Positions 39,092 to 51,086 of a DNA stretch of 64,000 bases are shown here, one piece after another. The DNA is from Sulfurospirillaceae bacterium (GTDB lineage: Bacteria; Campylobacterota; Campylobacteria; Campylobacterales; Sulfurospirillaceae), in the NCBI GenBank assembly GCA_033723415.1, contig JAWVXD010000001.1:397090-461089 (forward strand), given 5' to 3'. The translations under genes were made by a program, and so were the position numbers. How positions within the stretch are numbered: position 1 is the first letter of the stretch; each line of letters starts with the position of its first letter. Below the pieces are notes generated by a model, which worked only from the letters and a program-made list of their open reading frames with translations, had not been told where the DNA came from and searched no databases.

Positions 39092-40009
39092 TTAAAATAT
39101 TGACAAGCCCGTTTTCGTCGTAAATAATTCTAAGGCTTTTGTTCCTGCTAAAGAATTTCCTTTAGCATTGAGTCTTGGTGACCACACGCATATAGACATC
39201 AGATTTGGAACAATTGCTACTATCCCACCGCCTACTCCGCTTTTTCCTGGAAGTCCAACCCTAAATGCAAAGTCGCCTGAAGCATCATAATGTCCACAAG
39301 TAAGCATTAAAGAATTTAATCTTTTTGCCTGTGATGAGGTAATATACTTTTTATGTGTGATAGGATCCACACCATGATTTGAGAGAAAAAGCATCGCCCT
39401 ACTCAATTCGTTTGTATTCATAGAGATGGAACATTGTTTAAAATAGACTTCCATCACTTTTTCTATCTCATTTTCTATATTGCCAAAACTTTTCATCATG
39501 TTGATCAAAGAAAGATTCCGATATCCGTACTCTGCCTCGGAATCAGCAACTTCTATATCATACATAATTGTTTTATTGTCACTCACATCTCGTATAAATT
39601 CCATAATAGTTAAGAAAGTATTGTCTTTATACTTACTGTTGAGCATATCTGTAACTACGATAGCACCGGCATTGATAAATGGATTTCTTGGAATCCCTTT
39701 TTCGTATTCAAGTTGAACAAGAGAATTAAATGGATTACCTGAAGGTTCGATTCCGACTCTTTTGTGAAGTGTTTTTTCATATAAGCCCAGTGCTAGAGTA
39801 AACGTAAAAACTTTGGAGATACTTTGAATTGAAAATTTTGTATCAACCCCGCCTACACCATAGGTCGTTCCGTCAAAAAGCTGCAAGCTCATGGCAAACT
39901 GGTTTGGGTTAACACGCCCCAAAGCCGGTATATAATCAGCAACATTGCCATCATGCAAAAACGGCTTAATCTCCTCTTCTATCTCTTTCAAAACCAATCG
40001 ATAATCCAT
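39092..40009 (-). CDS. glsA: Glutaminase
   Basis: VADYIPAL, FSIQSISK, PRNPFINAGA, GLPGKSGVGGG. Confidence 0.93.
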   Translation of the reverse strand: MDYRLVLKEIEEEIKPFLHDGNVADYIPALGRVNPNQFAMSLQLFDGTTYGVGGVDTKFSIQSISKVFTFTLALGLYEKTLHKRVGIEPSGNPFNSLVQLEYEKGIPRNPFINAGAIVVTDMLNSKYKDNTFLTIMEFIRDVSDNKTIMYDIEVADSEAEYGYRNLSLINMMKSFGNIENEIEKVMEVYFKQCSISMNTNELSRAMLFLSNHGVDPITHKKYITSSQAKRLNSLMLTCGHYDASGDFAFRVGLPGKSGVGGGIVAIVPNLMSICVWSPRLNAKGNSLAGTKALELFTTKTGLSIF

Positions 40010-40158
40010 GTCCAACCTCTATAAAAATATTTAATAATTGTATCGTAATATTGGAAATTTCAAATAGTAAAAAATAAAATACCGTTTCTATCAAAAAATT
40101 ATCACTCTTACAAACTTTTTTGAGAAAACTGAATGTTTTTTATGATACAATCTAATAC

Positions 40159-42432
40159 ATGAAAAGAAATATAGTCGTTTTACTTTTATTTGTACTTAAT
40201 TTATATTCAAATGACCACCTTATAAAGCTTAGTGTTCAACTTGACTGGAAATACCAGTTCCAGCATGCCGGACTTATCATGGCAAAAGAAAAAGGGTATT
40301 ACAAAGATGTAGGTCTAGATGTTGATCTCAGAGAGTATAAAAAGGGCATAGATATTGCTCAAGATGTCTTAAGCGGCAAGGCTGACTTTGGACTTTCAAA
40401 TACATCACTGATATACGGCAATGATGGAAAACTACAGCCAACTGTTCTTCTGGCAACATATTTGCAAAAATCACCACTGGTATTTGTCACTCAGCCAAAT
40501 ATAACAAATCCTTCTATGCTAAACGGTAAAAAGATCATGATAACTAACTATGAAGCAAGAAACAGTTCTCTATCCTTGCTTTTGGATTATTTTTCTGTGG
40601 ATTATACATTTGTTCCGCACTCATATACTATTTCTGCCTTTAAGAACAAGAAAGTTGACGCGCTCAGTGCATTTACGTCAAATGAGCTTTATGAATTAAA
40701 TAAAGAAAAAATACCATATAACATTATAGATCCAGCAGATTATGGGTTTGTCACAAATGCTATGAACTTATTTAGTTCATATAAATTTGCAAAAGAAAAT
40801 CCAAACACAATAAAAAAATTTTTATCTGCCACAAAAAAAGGCTGGGAATATTCACTGGAGCATATGAACAAAACTGTTGAAATAATTCATAGAAAATATC
40901 GACCTGATTCTGACGTACAAAAACTGCTCTATGAAGCAAAAGTAATAAAAAAGCTCATGCTCTTAGATTTTTTTAATTTGGGCGAGACGAATAAAGACCT
41001 TATGTACAGGGTATATAAACAACTTGTAAAAAGTGGAAAATTAAGATCAGGGCAATCTTCACATATCTTGACTTTTACTGATATTTTAAATGAAATCAAG
41101 AATCAACCGATTTCATTTAATAAAAAAGAAAAAGCATTTTTGACAAAAAAAGGAAAAATAAAAGTTTGTGGAAACCCCGATATGATGCCATTTGAAGGTA
41201 TAATAAATGGAAAGCATGTCGGTATCATTGGTGATATAGTAAAACTTATAAAGCAAAAAACAAATCTAAATATAATACTCTATCCCACAAAAAGCTGGGG
41301 TGAATGCATAAAGGCAATAAAAGATAAAAAATGTGACTTTGCTGCATCTATAACAAAAACTCCAAAAAGAAGTAAATACATAAACTTTACTGAAGATTAT
41401 CTACACTTTCCTATTGTAATTGCAACCAAAAACGATAAACCATTTGTAGACGATATAAGCAAGATAAGAGATAAGAAGCTTGGTGTAAACAAAAATTTTG
41501 CGATCATAGAGATACTTAAATTAAAAAATAACAACAATATCAATCTCGTAGAAGTCAACAGTACGATGGCGGGCTTGAAAAAAGTTGAAAATGGAGAGTT
41601 ATACGGATATATCAATGATTTGACTACAGTTGCTCCACTGATACAAAAACACTTTTCCGGGACTCTTAAAATTTCCGGTAGATTGCAGGAAAATGATGAT
41701 ATAAGCATAGGCGTCAGAAATGACGAACCGATACTTAGAGATATATTTCAAAAGATTATAATGCACATCACTCCAGCAGAAAAACAGGAGATTTTCAACA
41801 AGTGGATATCTGTCAAACAAGTTGTTGGCATAGATTACAAATTTATCTGGGAAATAGTCGGCCTATTTATATTTATATTTGCCATTCTTTTAGCTTACTT
41901 GCTTCAACTTAGAAAATATAACAAGAACTTAAAAAATCTCTCTAGAATTGATGCACTAACACAAATTGCGAATAGACTCAAAATAGACGAAATACTAAGA
42001 GAACAGCAACAATTGGTAGATCGATATGACCTTGAGTGTTCTTTGGCTATTTTTGATATTGATGATTTTAAAATGATCAACGATACATATGGACATCTAG
42101 CGGGAGATCAAATTCTAAAAGAAATCTCAAACCTAATAGGCTCTTCCATTAGAAAAACAGATCTTTTAGGAAGATGGGGCGGTGAAGAATTTATGCTAAT
42201 ATGCCCAAATACAAATCTAGAAAATCTAGAAGTACTAGTACACAAGATAAAAGAGAATATTAACAAAACTATATTTTTTCAAGATTCCAGTATCACTGTC
42301 AGTATAGGAATTGGATATCTAGCAAAAAATAAAAGCATAGATTACTCTTTAAATCTAACCGATAATGCACTCTATAAAGCCAAAAACAACGGTAAGAATA
42401 GAGTAGAACATATAGATGTAAATAAAAAATAA
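40159..42432 (+). CDS. Diguanylate cyclase with two periplasmic binding domains
   Basis: NMT1/THI5-like QL.WKYQFQ.AG...A.EKGYY, second SBP domain, [23 protein letters not shown]. Confidence 0.9.
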   Translation: MKRNIVVLLLFVLNLYSNDHLIKLSVQLDWKYQFQHAGLIMAKEKGYYKDVGLDVDLREYKKGIDIAQDVLSGKADFGLSNTSLIYGNDGKLQPTVLLATYLQKSPLVFVTQPNITNPSMLNGKKIMITNYEARNSSLSLLLDYFSVDYTFVPHSYTISAFKNKKVDALSAFTSNELYELNKEKIPYNIIDPADYGFVTNAMNLFSSYKFAKENPNTIKKFLSATKKGWEYSLEHMNKTVEIIHRKYRPDSDVQKLLYEAKVIKKLMLLDFFNLGETNKDLMYRVYKQLVKSGKLRSGQSSHILTFTDILNEIKNQPISFNKKEKAFLTKKGKIKVCGNPDMMPFEGIINGKHVGIIGDIVKLIKQKTNLNIILYPTKSWGECIKAIKDKKCDFAASITKTPKRSKYINFTEDYLHFPIVIATKNDKPFVDDISKIRDKKLGVNKNFAIIEILKLKNNNNINLVEVNSTMAGLKKVENGELYGYINDLTTVAPLIQKHFSGTLKISGRLQENDDISIGVRNDEPILRDIFQKIIMHITPAEKQEIFNKWISVKQVVGIDYKFIWEIVGLFIFIFAILLAYLLQLRKYNKNLKNLSRIDALTQIANRLKIDEILREQQQLVDRYDLECSLAIFDIDDFKMINDTYGHLAGDQILKEISNLIGSSIRKTDLLGRWGGEEFMLICPNTNLENLEVLVHKIKENINKTIFFQDSSITVSIGIGYLAKNKSIDYSLNLTDNALYKAKNNGKNRVEHIDVNKK

Positions 42433-42476
42433 ATATGATTTTTGATATAATCCAGAAAATTTTTAAAAGGAAGAAA

Positions 42477-42968
42477 ATGAGTTTAAAAAAATATGACTAT
42501 TCAAAAGAAGAATTAGCAAAATTTCAATATGCGATCATCAAAACAAAAAATGGCGAAATGAAAATAAAATTATATCCGGAAGAAGCACCAAATACTGTAG
42601 CAAATTTTGCAACACTGATAAATGATGGTTTTTATAATGGTTTGAATTTTCATAGAGTAATTCCAGGTTTTGTCGCACAAGGCGGTTGTCCTCATGGAAC
42701 AGGTACCGGAGGACCGGGTTGGCAAATAGAATGCGAATGTGATCAAAATACAAGTAAACATGAAAAAGGTAAACTCTCTATGGCACATGCAGGACCAAAT
42801 ACAGGAGGAAGTCAATTTTTTATATGCTATGATAACCTACCTCATTTAGATGGTGTGCATACAGTATTTGGAGGAATTGAAAGAGATGATGAAGAGAGTA
42901 TGAAAGTGTTAGACAGTATACGACAGGGCGATGAAATAATAAGTGCTGAAATAAAAGAAAGTTTATAA
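42477..42968 (+). CDS. Cyclophilin-type peptidyl-prolyl isomerase
   Basis: [34 protein letters not shown]; start moved to ATG after AAGGA. Confidence 0.93.
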   Translation: MSLKKYDYSKEELAKFQYAIIKTKNGEMKIKLYPEEAPNTVANFATLINDGFYNGLNFHRVIPGFVAQGGCPHGTGTGGPGWQIECECDQNTSKHEKGKLSMAHAGPNTGGSQFFICYDNLPHLDGVHTVFGGIERDDEESMKVLDSIRQGDEIISAEIKESL

Positions 42969-42991
42969 TTCTTAAAGATAAAAAAGAGTGA

Positions 42992-43558
42992 CTAGATCAC
43001 TCTTTTTTTAGTTGCTACCTTTAAATAAAACCATAAAACCCCAACTAATACAACCAATATAAGAGGTGCAATCCAAGGATGTGATGATATATATGTACTT
43101 ACTTTTATAAGTGTCTCTCCAGCCTTATAGCTGGCAATTCCTACTATCAAACTCCATAGTAAAGCAGAAATTGCATTTAATACATTGAATTTGAATGCAG
43201 AATACTTTGTAAATCCTATAACAATTGGGATAAGAGTCTTAATACCATATATAAATTTTTGAATAAATATGATCTTATCACCGTATTTTTTCATAAGAAC
43301 ATGACTCAGTGCCAATTTTCTTCTATGCTTTTTCAGATACGGCATCATTTGCGATTTATTGTATCTGCTCATATAAAAAAGTATTGAATCACCTAGCGTA
43401 TTTGCGATAAATGCAACCAAGATGGAGGTAGTTAAATCCATATGACCGCTATATGATAAAACTCCCGCAGCTATCAAAGCAACCATTCCCCCACCCAGTG
43501 AATATAAAAATAAAATTATATAACCATACGTTGATAATGAATTTAATATATCTTGCAA
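42992..43558 (-). CDS. DedA-family membrane protein
   Basis: YGY.ILF, GD..LFY, IF.QKFIYG. Confidence 0.88.
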   Translation of the reverse strand: MQDILNSLSTYGYIILFLYSLGGGMVALIAAGVLSYSGHMDLTTSILVAFIANTLGDSILFYMSRYNKSQMMPYLKKHRRKLALSHVLMKKYGDKIIFIQKFIYGIKTLIPIVIGFTKYSAFKFNVLNAISALLWSLIVGIASYKAGETLIKVSTYISSHPWIAPLILVVLVGVLWFYLKVATKKRVI

Positions 43559-43567
43559 TTTGTTCCT

Positions 43568-44224
43568 TTATATCTCGTCTAATGCTTTACGAAATTCTTT
43601 TATGGCAAAAGTGTCTTCTCTTGTAGGCATACTTACTATGTCTTTTGCACCAAATCCATTGCCATAGTACTCAACATCTTTATTTTTTTCGTGGCTTACA
43701 ACAGCACCTTTGAGCGATACTCCAACAAATAATCCTTTAGCTTTTCTATATGAAAATATCTCTGCACTTAGGTTGATCTTACTGTTTCTCTCAAATGATT
43801 TACTAAGAGGTCCAGCAGAAATTGATGCATCTACACCCATAGTCATGCTATTTTCTAAAAGAGAATCCGCGCTTTTTTGAGTATTGAAGATAAGTAGTAT
43901 GGAATTCATTTCAAATCCGAACTGCCATCCAAAACTGCCGCCTTCAAGCTTTACGAAAAATGGGTTGCTCCAATTTCCGTCATTTTTTTTGATCGCAGCT
44001 ACCCCACTACCAAATTCACCGCCCAAAAAGAATCCTATTTTCTTTGTACTAGGAAATATTACGACTGCTCTAGCCTTTGAAAGTACAAAAGGTGGAATTT
44101 TATTGTTTGTTCTAACCATATCTTTTATGATATTTGCCGAATCTAAGAGCTCTTCTTGAGGTCCCGCAAAAGAAACTGTTGCAAGAATTAAACTAACTGC
44201 AAAAATTAATATTGACTTTTTCAT
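43568..44224 (-). CDS. SYLF/Ysc84 lipid-binding domain protein
   Basis: K.GF..GG..G.GV, WS.P.F..L.GGS.G.Q.G, YR..KGLF.GVSL.G. Confidence 0.88.
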   Translation of the reverse strand: MKKSILIFAVSLILATVSFAGPQEELLDSANIIKDMVRTNNKIPPFVLSKARAVVIFPSTKKIGFFLGGEFGSGVAAIKKNDGNWSNPFFVKLEGGSFGWQFGFEMNSILLIFNTQKSADSLLENSMTMGVDASISAGPLSKSFERNSKINLSAEIFSYRKAKGLFVGVSLKGAVVSHEKNKDVEYYGNGFGAKDIVSMPTREDTFAIKEFRKALDEI

Positions 44225-44225
44225 T

Positions 44226-45989
44226 TTATGCTCCTTTCGTATATCCGTAAAATACTCCTTCTAAGCTCATAAGCTTATCATGAGTTCCCTCTTCTTCTAT
44301 TAGTCCATTGTCCAACACATATATATAATCTGCCTTTCTAATGGTGCTCAATCTATGTGCAATAATAATAGTAGTTTTATCTTTCAAAAATTCACTTAAA
44401 TTTTCAAACAATCTACTCTCGGTATGAACATCAAGAGCAGATGTAGATTCATCTAAAATCACAATATTGGAGTTTTGTATGATCATTCGAGCGATAGATA
44501 ATCTCTGTCTTTGTCCACCGGATAATTTAATACCGTTTCTTCCTACTCTTGTGTCAAGTCCTTCTTCAAGTCCTTCAATAAAACCTTTCAATTGTGCAAT
44601 ATCTAACGCATTATACAGCAAATCATCGCTGACATCTACTCCAAAAGTAAGATTTTCTCTAATTGTATCGTTAAACAATTGTGGATTTTGAAGTACAAGA
44701 TAAACATGCTCCCGAACTACATCTAATCCTATCTCTCTGATTGAGTGATCATCATAAAGAATATCACCATTTTCAAAAGCATAAAGACCTACCAATAAAT
44801 TTGCCAAAGTTGTCTTACCGCTTCCACTTGCTCCGACTATGGCTACTTTTGTACCTTTTTTTATCTCAAGATTGATATTTTTCAAAACATTTTTAGAATT
44901 ACCGTAGGAAAAACTCAGATCTTTGACTTCTATTTTATTTGTATTATTTTCTTCAAAAGGATTGTATTTATGCACATACTTCGGCTCACATTTTAAGGCA
45001 AATATAGAATTTATTCTCTCTAATGCCTTTTTTGCATTTTGATATGTATATTGAATGCTTAAGATATCTTGTATTGGTGTCATCATCACCCAAAGATAAC
45101 CAAATATACCAAACATAAGTCCGATACTAAGATTTGAATACGCAACAACCAAGATACTTGTAGCTCTAAACACTTCAAACCCGGACAAGAAAATCAGAAA
45201 AGAGAGTCTATTTGCACCATCACTCTTATATGTAAATTCTATAGATTTTTCTTTTATCTCTCTGGCATTTTCAATCACTCTTGAGAAAAAGTTTTTATCT
45301 TGATTGGCTGCTCTTATTTGTACAAAAAGCTCCAACGTTTCACTTAAAGCTTCTTGAAAAACCTCAAAAGAAAGATTTTGATTTTTTTTAAGTATAGATA
45401 CTCTTTTAGCTATCTTTGTTGTAAATACAACAACTACAGGATTCAATATCAAGATAAAAAGTGCTAATTGCCAATATATCATCAACAATACTATAGCTAC
45501 CCCTATCATAGTAAGTATAGATATGATCAATCTACTTACAAATATTCCAAGAAAATTTTCAATAGTCTCTATATCAACTACCATCAAAGAGGCACTTTTG
45601 CCAGAACCAAAATATTCAAGTTCATTGATTGCAACTTTACTTAAGTGATTCAACAAGTCTTTTCTTATCTTAAAAGATATATTTTTTGATACGATAGTAA
45701 AAAGTTTTGTTTGAAAGAAATTGAATACGAAGAATAAAGCACGTAAAATAATAACAAGAAGAAGCATCAGTAACACATATGTATATGCTTGTGAAGGATG
45801 ACCTAAGATTTTGTCAATTGTATGTACTACGACACCTGGTTTGTGCAATAAGACTTCATCAACCAAGACAGGCATGATAAGTGGCGTAGGAGTACTGACA
45901 ACAACGGCTAAAAGAGCTAGTAGATTTGCATAAACCAGCTCTTTTTTATATTTTTTAGCCTCGGTTAAAAATATTTTAAAACTATACAT
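44226..45989 (-). CDS. ABC exporter (fused TMD-NBD)
   Basis: GASGSGKT, LSGGQRQR, ILDESTSALD, IAHRLST. Confidence 0.92.
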   Translation of the reverse strand: MYSFKIFLTEAKKYKKELVYANLLALLAVVVSTPTPLIMPVLVDEVLLHKPGVVVHTIDKILGHPSQAYTYVLLMLLLVIILRALFFVFNFFQTKLFTIVSKNISFKIRKDLLNHLSKVAINELEYFGSGKSASLMVVDIETIENFLGIFVSRLIISILTMIGVAIVLLMIYWQLALFILILNPVVVVFTTKIAKRVSILKKNQNLSFEVFQEALSETLELFVQIRAANQDKNFFSRVIENAREIKEKSIEFTYKSDGANRLSFLIFLSGFEVFRATSILVVAYSNLSIGLMFGIFGYLWVMMTPIQDILSIQYTYQNAKKALERINSIFALKCEPKYVHKYNPFEENNTNKIEVKDLSFSYGNSKNVLKNINLEIKKGTKVAIVGASGSGKTTLANLLVGLYAFENGDILYDDHSIREIGLDVVREHVYLVLQNPQLFNDTIRENLTFGVDVSDDLLYNALDIAQLKGFIEGLEEGLDTRVGRNGIKLSGGQRQRLSIARMIIQNSNIVILDESTSALDVHTESRLFENLSEFLKDKTTIIIAHRLSTIRKADYIYVLDNGLIEEEGTHDKLMSLEGVFYGYTKGA

Positions 45990-46021
45990 TTATCTTTTAC
46001 TGTAAAGAAAAGAGAAAATCG

Positions 46022-47578
46022 TTATCTTGCAAAATCCACCGAACGAACTTCTCGTATAACGTTGACTTTGATCTCGCCTGGATACTGAACTTTTTCTTCT
46101 ATTTCTTTTGCGATCTCTTTTGCTAAAAGAACAGCTTCATCATCATTTATCAGTTTTGCATTTGCTATGACTCTGATTTCACGACCTGCGTTGATTGCAT
46201 AAGCATGTTTGATGCCATCTTTACCTGTTGCTATCTCTTCTATGTCTTGAACTCTTTTCAAGAATGCTTCCAATACTTCACGTCTAGCACCAGGTCTTGC
46301 AGCTGAAAGCGTATCTGCTGCACAAACGGCTGCTGATTCGACAGAAAGAGGTTCTTCATGACCATGGTGAGCAAATATAGCATTGATGACTACAGGATGT
46401 TCTTTATATCTTCTACATACGTCAGCTCCCAAGTCCACATGACTTCCAGGGAAATCGTGTGTCAATGCTTTGCCTATATCATGTAGGATACCGGCTCGTC
46501 TTGCTAGGATTTCATCTCCGCCTGTTTCAGCTGCTATGATACCTGCCAAGTGAGCTACTTCCAAAGAGTGTCCAAGTGCGTTTTGTCCGTAACTTGCTCT
46601 AAATTTCAATCTTCCTATCAACTTGATTATCTCAGGGTGAATTCTGCTTAGGCCTAAATCCATAACAATATTTTGCCCCTCTTCTATCAATCCTTGATCA
46701 AAATCTTCTTTAACCTTTTCATAGATAGACTCTATTCTCGCAGGTTGTATTCTTCCGTCTTCAACAAGTAATTCTATTACTTTTGTAGCAACAGCTCTTC
46801 TATAGAGATTAAAGCTACTTAAAATGATAGCGTTTGGAGTATCGTCTATGATGATATCAACACCTAAAAGCATCTCAAGAGTTTTGATATTTCGTCCCTC
46901 TTTACCTATAATTCTGCCTTTTAACTCATCATTTTTAATATTTACAACATTAATTAGTCGCTCTGCAGCAAATTCTCCCGCAAATCGCGTTGTTGCCTGA
47001 GCCAATATGTAATCGGCCTTTCTTTTACCGTCTTGTTTTGCTTCTTCTTCATATTTTCTAACAATATGTGCTATCTCGCCGCGAGATTGTTCTTCGACTT
47101 TTTTAAGAACAATGTCTTTAGCTTCTTCTTGAGTTAAACCTGAAGATTTTTCTAAAACCATCAGCGCCTCTTTTACTTTAGAGGCATACTCTTCTTTTAG
47201 ACTTTTTCCTTCTGAATAAAGTTCTTTTGCTTCTTTTTGAAGATTGCCAAGTTCACTTTTATCTTTATTTATCTTCTTTAATTCTTCTTTGTAATGATCT
47301 TCTTTTTTATCCAATTCAAGCATTTTTTCAGAATGCTCTTTCTTAAAACTGATCAATTTATCTTCATATTGCTCTCTAGCTTCAAGTTCAGCTTCTCTTA
47401 CCTTTATCTTGCTATTTTTCAAGATCAATTCTGCTTCATGCTCTATAGCTTTCGCTTTTGCTTTTGCTTGTTCTACTCGCACCTCATGCTTTGCTATCTC
47501 CATTTTTTTGGAGATCAAAAACCCAAAACTAGCTCCAACTATTGCACTAGCTCCAACTACTGCTGATTCTAATATCAT
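46022..47578 (-). CDS. rny: Ribonuclease Y
   Basis: N-terminal TM, coiled coil, KH GRIIGKEGRNI, HD domain HDIGKA, SAARPGAR. Confidence 0.96.
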   Translation of the reverse strand: MILESAVVGASAIVGASFGFLISKKMEIAKHEVRVEQAKAKAKAIEHEAELILKNSKIKVREAELEAREQYEDKLISFKKEHSEKMLELDKKEDHYKEELKKINKDKSELGNLQKEAKELYSEGKSLKEEYASKVKEALMVLEKSSGLTQEEAKDIVLKKVEEQSRGEIAHIVRKYEEEAKQDGKRKADYILAQATTRFAGEFAAERLINVVNIKNDELKGRIIGKEGRNIKTLEMLLGVDIIIDDTPNAIILSSFNLYRRAVATKVIELLVEDGRIQPARIESIYEKVKEDFDQGLIEEGQNIVMDLGLSRIHPEIIKLIGRLKFRASYGQNALGHSLEVAHLAGIIAAETGGDEILARRAGILHDIGKALTHDFPGSHVDLGADVCRRYKEHPVVINAIFAHHGHEEPLSVESAAVCAADTLSAARPGARREVLEAFLKRVQDIEEIATGKDGIKHAYAINAGREIRVIANAKLINDDEAVLLAKEIAKEIEEKVQYPGEIKVNVIREVRSVDFAR

Positions 47579-48158
47579 TTTTCCCTCTTCTCATTGTATT
47601 ATAAGGGGTAATATAAATATCTGCTTGTATATCGTGTTTTTCGCTTACTTTATTTTTAGTATGACAATCAACCAATTCAACAAACGCTATGTGTGGTTTA
47701 TAAGACAGTGATTCAAAAAATCTATCGTACATGCCTTTTCCAAACCCAACTCTTCTAAATGCTCCGTCTACCCCAAGAACCGGAACAATAGCTAAATCAA
47801 TTTTTCTACATTTTGCAAAAGAGTTATTTGGTTCTTTTATATTAAATCTTTTGCTTTTCAATGGCAATCTAAATTTTACCATTTTAAAACTGACACCTTC
47901 CATAAACGGTACATAAATATTATAACCCCGTCTATTTCTGCTTTTATATAGTAACTCTCTCACATCAACTTCACTTTTTAGAGGTAAATATAAGAGGATA
48001 TTTTTCGCCTTAATTGTATCTATAAAATCCCATAATTTTTTTAGTACTAGCATATTTCTTTTTCTATTATTTTTGTTTGAAACTTTGTCTAGTCTTTCTT
48101 TGCAATAGCATCTAAATTCTTGCTTTGTATCAAAGGTTAGTTTTTCCATTATCTTCAC
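47547..48158 (-). CDS. 5-formyltetrahydrofolate cyclo-ligase
   Basis: IKEP, D.AIVP.LG.D....RVGFGKG.YDRF; upstream of rny. Confidence 0.88.
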   Translation of the reverse strand: MKIMEKLTFDTKQEFRCYCKERLDKVSNKNNRKRNMLVLKKLWDFIDTIKAKNILLYLPLKSEVDVRELLYKSRNRRGYNIYVPFMEGVSFKMVKFRLPLKSKRFNIKEPNNSFAKCRKIDLAIVPVLGVDGAFRRVGFGKGMYDRFFESLSYKPHIAFVELVDCHTKNKVSEKHDIQADIYITPYNTMRRGKNDIRISSSWS

Positions 48159-48214
48159 TTTAAGGAGCTTTTTTCTATAATATTATCCTTATTTTGATAA
48201 AAAAGGTTTTTAAT

Positions 48215-48784
48215 ATGAGAAAATATTTATATATTTTATTAATTTTGGTTCCGATTATATTTACTGCATGTTCAAATGACAAAAAAGAAACTAAAGCAGC
48301 AGATCAAAATTCTTCGATACAAAAAACAGAAAATGGAACGGTTAATAAAAGTATAACTTTAAAAGATGTAAACGGTCAAACCATTATTGCGACAAAAACA
48401 AAAAATGGATTTACTTTTTCAAATGCCAAAGATCAAGTCGTGTTGATCTGTTTCTTTGCTACCTGGTGTCCTCCTTGTAAAGCAGAAATACCTCACTTGG
48501 TAAATCTGCAAGAGAAATACAAAGGCAAACTGAAAATTATAGGTATCTTGCTTGAAAAAAACAAAGATAATGACGAGATCAAAAACTTCATAAACTATCA
48601 CGCCATAAACTATACTATAACAAACGGTGAAGGCAACTATGAACTTACGGATATGGTCGGAGGCGTCAAAAGTATACCTTTTATGATCATGTATGATAAG
48701 AAAGGAAACTATTCAACTCATTATTTAGGGGCAATTCCTGAAGAGATGATTGATACAGATATTGAGAACACTCTAAAAAAATGA
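48215..48784 (+). CDS. TlpA/ResA-like thioredoxin lipoprotein
   Basis: Lipobox FTA-C; FFATWCPPCKAEIP. Confidence 0.9.
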   Translation: MRKYLYILLILVPIIFTACSNDKKETKAADQNSSIQKTENGTVNKSITLKDVNGQTIIATKTKNGFTFSNAKDQVVLICFFATWCPPCKAEIPHLVNLQEKYKGKLKIIGILLEKNKDNDEIKNFINYHAINYTITNGEGNYELTDMVGGVKSIPFMIMYDKKGNYSTHYLGAIPEEMIDTDIENTLKK

Positions 48785-49671
48785 TAGGATTTATAAAAAA
48801 AGGGCTTGCCAAAACGGTAGGTGCCATAAAAGAAGTTCTTCCGGAAAAAGTAGAAAAGATTGATAAAGGTATCTTAGAAGAGATTCTTCTAGAATCTGAT
48901 GTTCCTTATGAATTGGTTGAAGAGATAATATACTATCTTCCTCCTCAAGAAAAGATCGAAGAAAAAGATCTAAAAAGAGTTCTGAGATCATATTTTGTTT
49001 ATGATATAAAAGAACAAGAAGAGGTAGCAAAGCCTTTTGTTGATCTGATCATAGGGGTCAACGGAGCAGGAAAAACTACTACTATCGCTAAACTGGCAAA
49101 TAATTATAAAAATGAAGGTAAAAGTGTTATTTTAGGAGCTGCTGATACGTTTAGAGCTGCTGCGATAGAGCAACTCAGCCGATGGGCGGAGCGATTAAAC
49201 ATACCAATCATCGCAACCAAACAAGGTCATGATCCCTCAGCTGTAGCCTATGATGCCATAAGCTCTGCCATTGCAAAAAAGATCGATCATGTCATCATTG
49301 ATACTGCGGGAAGATTGCATAACCAAACAAATCTATCAAACGAACTCAAGAAAATAGTCAGGATTTGCGATAAAGCAAAATCCGGATCACCTAATAGAAA
49401 GATACTCATACTTGACGGTACACAAGGCAACTCAGCAATTAATCAGGCAAAAGCCTTCAATGAACTTGTCGGTGTTGATGCCATTATCATCACCAAACTA
49501 GACGGTACGGCTAAAGGCGGAGCATTGTTTGCTATAGCAAAGGAGTTACAACTACCTATTATTTATATAGGTGTCGGCGAAGGAAAAGATGATTTGATCT
49601 CTTTTGACGCTGATGAGTATGTAGATACTATATTAGAAAATATATTTGTAAGAACCAATGGCAAAGACTAA
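48781..49671 (+). CDS. ftsY: Signal recognition particle receptor FtsY
   Basis: GVNGAGKTTTIAK, DTFRAAA, DTAGRL, TKLDGTAKGG. Confidence 0.96.
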   Translation: MIGFIKKGLAKTVGAIKEVLPEKVEKIDKGILEEILLESDVPYELVEEIIYYLPPQEKIEEKDLKRVLRSYFVYDIKEQEEVAKPFVDLIIGVNGAGKTTTIAKLANNYKNEGKSVILGAADTFRAAAIEQLSRWAERLNIPIIATKQGHDPSAVAYDAISSAIAKKIDHVIIDTAGRLHNQTNLSNELKKIVRICDKAKSGSPNRKILILDGTQGNSAINQAKAFNELVGVDAIIITKLDGTAKGGALFAIAKELQLPIIYIGVGEGKDDLISFDADEYVDTILENIFVRTNGKD

Positions 49672-51007
49672 AACACTATTTGAATGTCAAGCTTGCGGTC
49701 AACAAAGCAGCAAATGGATGGGAAAATGTCCTAATTGTGGAGCTTGGGATCAATTTTTAGAATTAAATCAAAAACAGATTGAAATCTTAAAAGAGATAAG
49801 TCCGCACAAAGCAAGTTATGTCGGTGCCCTGCCTATAACACAAATCGAACATGAAAAAATAGATAAATTTTCTTCAGGCGACAAAGAGTTAGATTTGGTA
49901 CTAGGCGGTGGTATTGTCAATGGAAGCCTAGTCTTAGTCGGTGGAAGTCCCGGAGTCGGGAAATCAACTCTTCTTTTAAAGATAGCAGGGAACATAGCAA
50001 AACAAAACGGTAAAGTACTTTATGTAAGCGCAGAAGAATCCACAAGCCAGATCAAACTTCGATCAGACAGATTGGATAGTAACGATGACAATCTATTTTT
50101 ATTGTCGGAAATCAGACTTGACATCATCTTTGATGAGCTAAAAAAGCAAGATTTCAATCTTCTTATCATAGATTCCATACAGACTATTTATAGTGATAAA
50201 TTAACGGCGGCTCCAGGAAGCGTATCACAAGTAAGAGAGATCACTTTTGATCTTATGCGTTATGCAAAAGAGAGCAATGTTGCTATATTTATCATAGGAC
50301 ATATCACTAAAGAAGGTTCAATCGCAGGGCCTAGAGTCTTAGAACATATGGTTGATACTGTTTTATATTTTGAAGGTGATTCTTCAAGAGAATTACGACT
50401 TTTAAGAGGTTTTAAAAATCGTTTTGGACCGACTAGTGAAGTCGGCATATTTGAGATGACAAAAAAAGGCTTAGTGAGCGCAAAGGATATATCCAAGAAA
50501 TTTTTCACAAGAGGCAACGCACAATCCGGATCTGCAACTACCGTTGTCATGGAAGGCTCTCGTCCAATCGTACTTGAAGTCCAAGCATTGGTGAGCGAAA
50601 GCGGATATCCTAACCCAAAAAGAAGCGCCACCGGGTATGAACTTAACAGACTTACGATGCTTTTGGCACTGCTGGAGAGAAAACTTGACTTGCCCTTTAA
50701 TCAATATGACGTATTTATAAATATAGCCGGGGGCATAAAGATAAATGAGACAGCTGCCGATTTAGCTATTATAGCAGCTATTATAAGCAGTTTTAGAGAT
50801 AGACCTATAAGTAAAGATACAGTATTTTTAGGAGAAGTCAGCTTGATTGGAGATATAAGAGACGTATATAGCTTGGATGTCAGACTCAAGGAAGCCAAAT
50901 CTCAACATTTCAAAAAGGCCATAGTACCTACTTTACCTATTGAAGAAATTGCCGATTTAAAGTGCTATAGCATTGATGAAGTACCAAAACTAATAGAATG
51001 GATGTAA
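49658..51007 (+). CDS. radA: DNA repair protein RadA/Sms
   Basis: C..CG...KW.GKCP.C, GGSPGVGKST, KNRFG. Confidence 0.96.
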   Translation: MAKTKTLFECQACGQQSSKWMGKCPNCGAWDQFLELNQKQIEILKEISPHKASYVGALPITQIEHEKIDKFSSGDKELDLVLGGGIVNGSLVLVGGSPGVGKSTLLLKIAGNIAKQNGKVLYVSAEESTSQIKLRSDRLDSNDDNLFLLSEIRLDIIFDELKKQDFNLLIIDSIQTIYSDKLTAAPGSVSQVREITFDLMRYAKESNVAIFIIGHITKEGSIAGPRVLEHMVDTVLYFEGDSSRELRLLRGFKNRFGPTSEVGIFEMTKKGLVSAKDISKKFFTRGNAQSGSATTVVMEGSRPIVLEVQALVSESGYPNPKRSATGYELNRLTMLLALLERKLDLPFNQYDVFINIAGGIKINETAADLAIIAAIISSFRDRPISKDTVFLGEVSLIGDIRDVYSLDVRLKEAKSQHFKKAIVPTLPIEEIADLKCYSIDEVPKLIEWM

Positions 51008-51086
51008 AAATATTATAAAGTTACATTTATAAAAAATTTGATAAAATCACTGTGTTTTTGTGAACTCAGTAAAAAAGGAAATCCTT

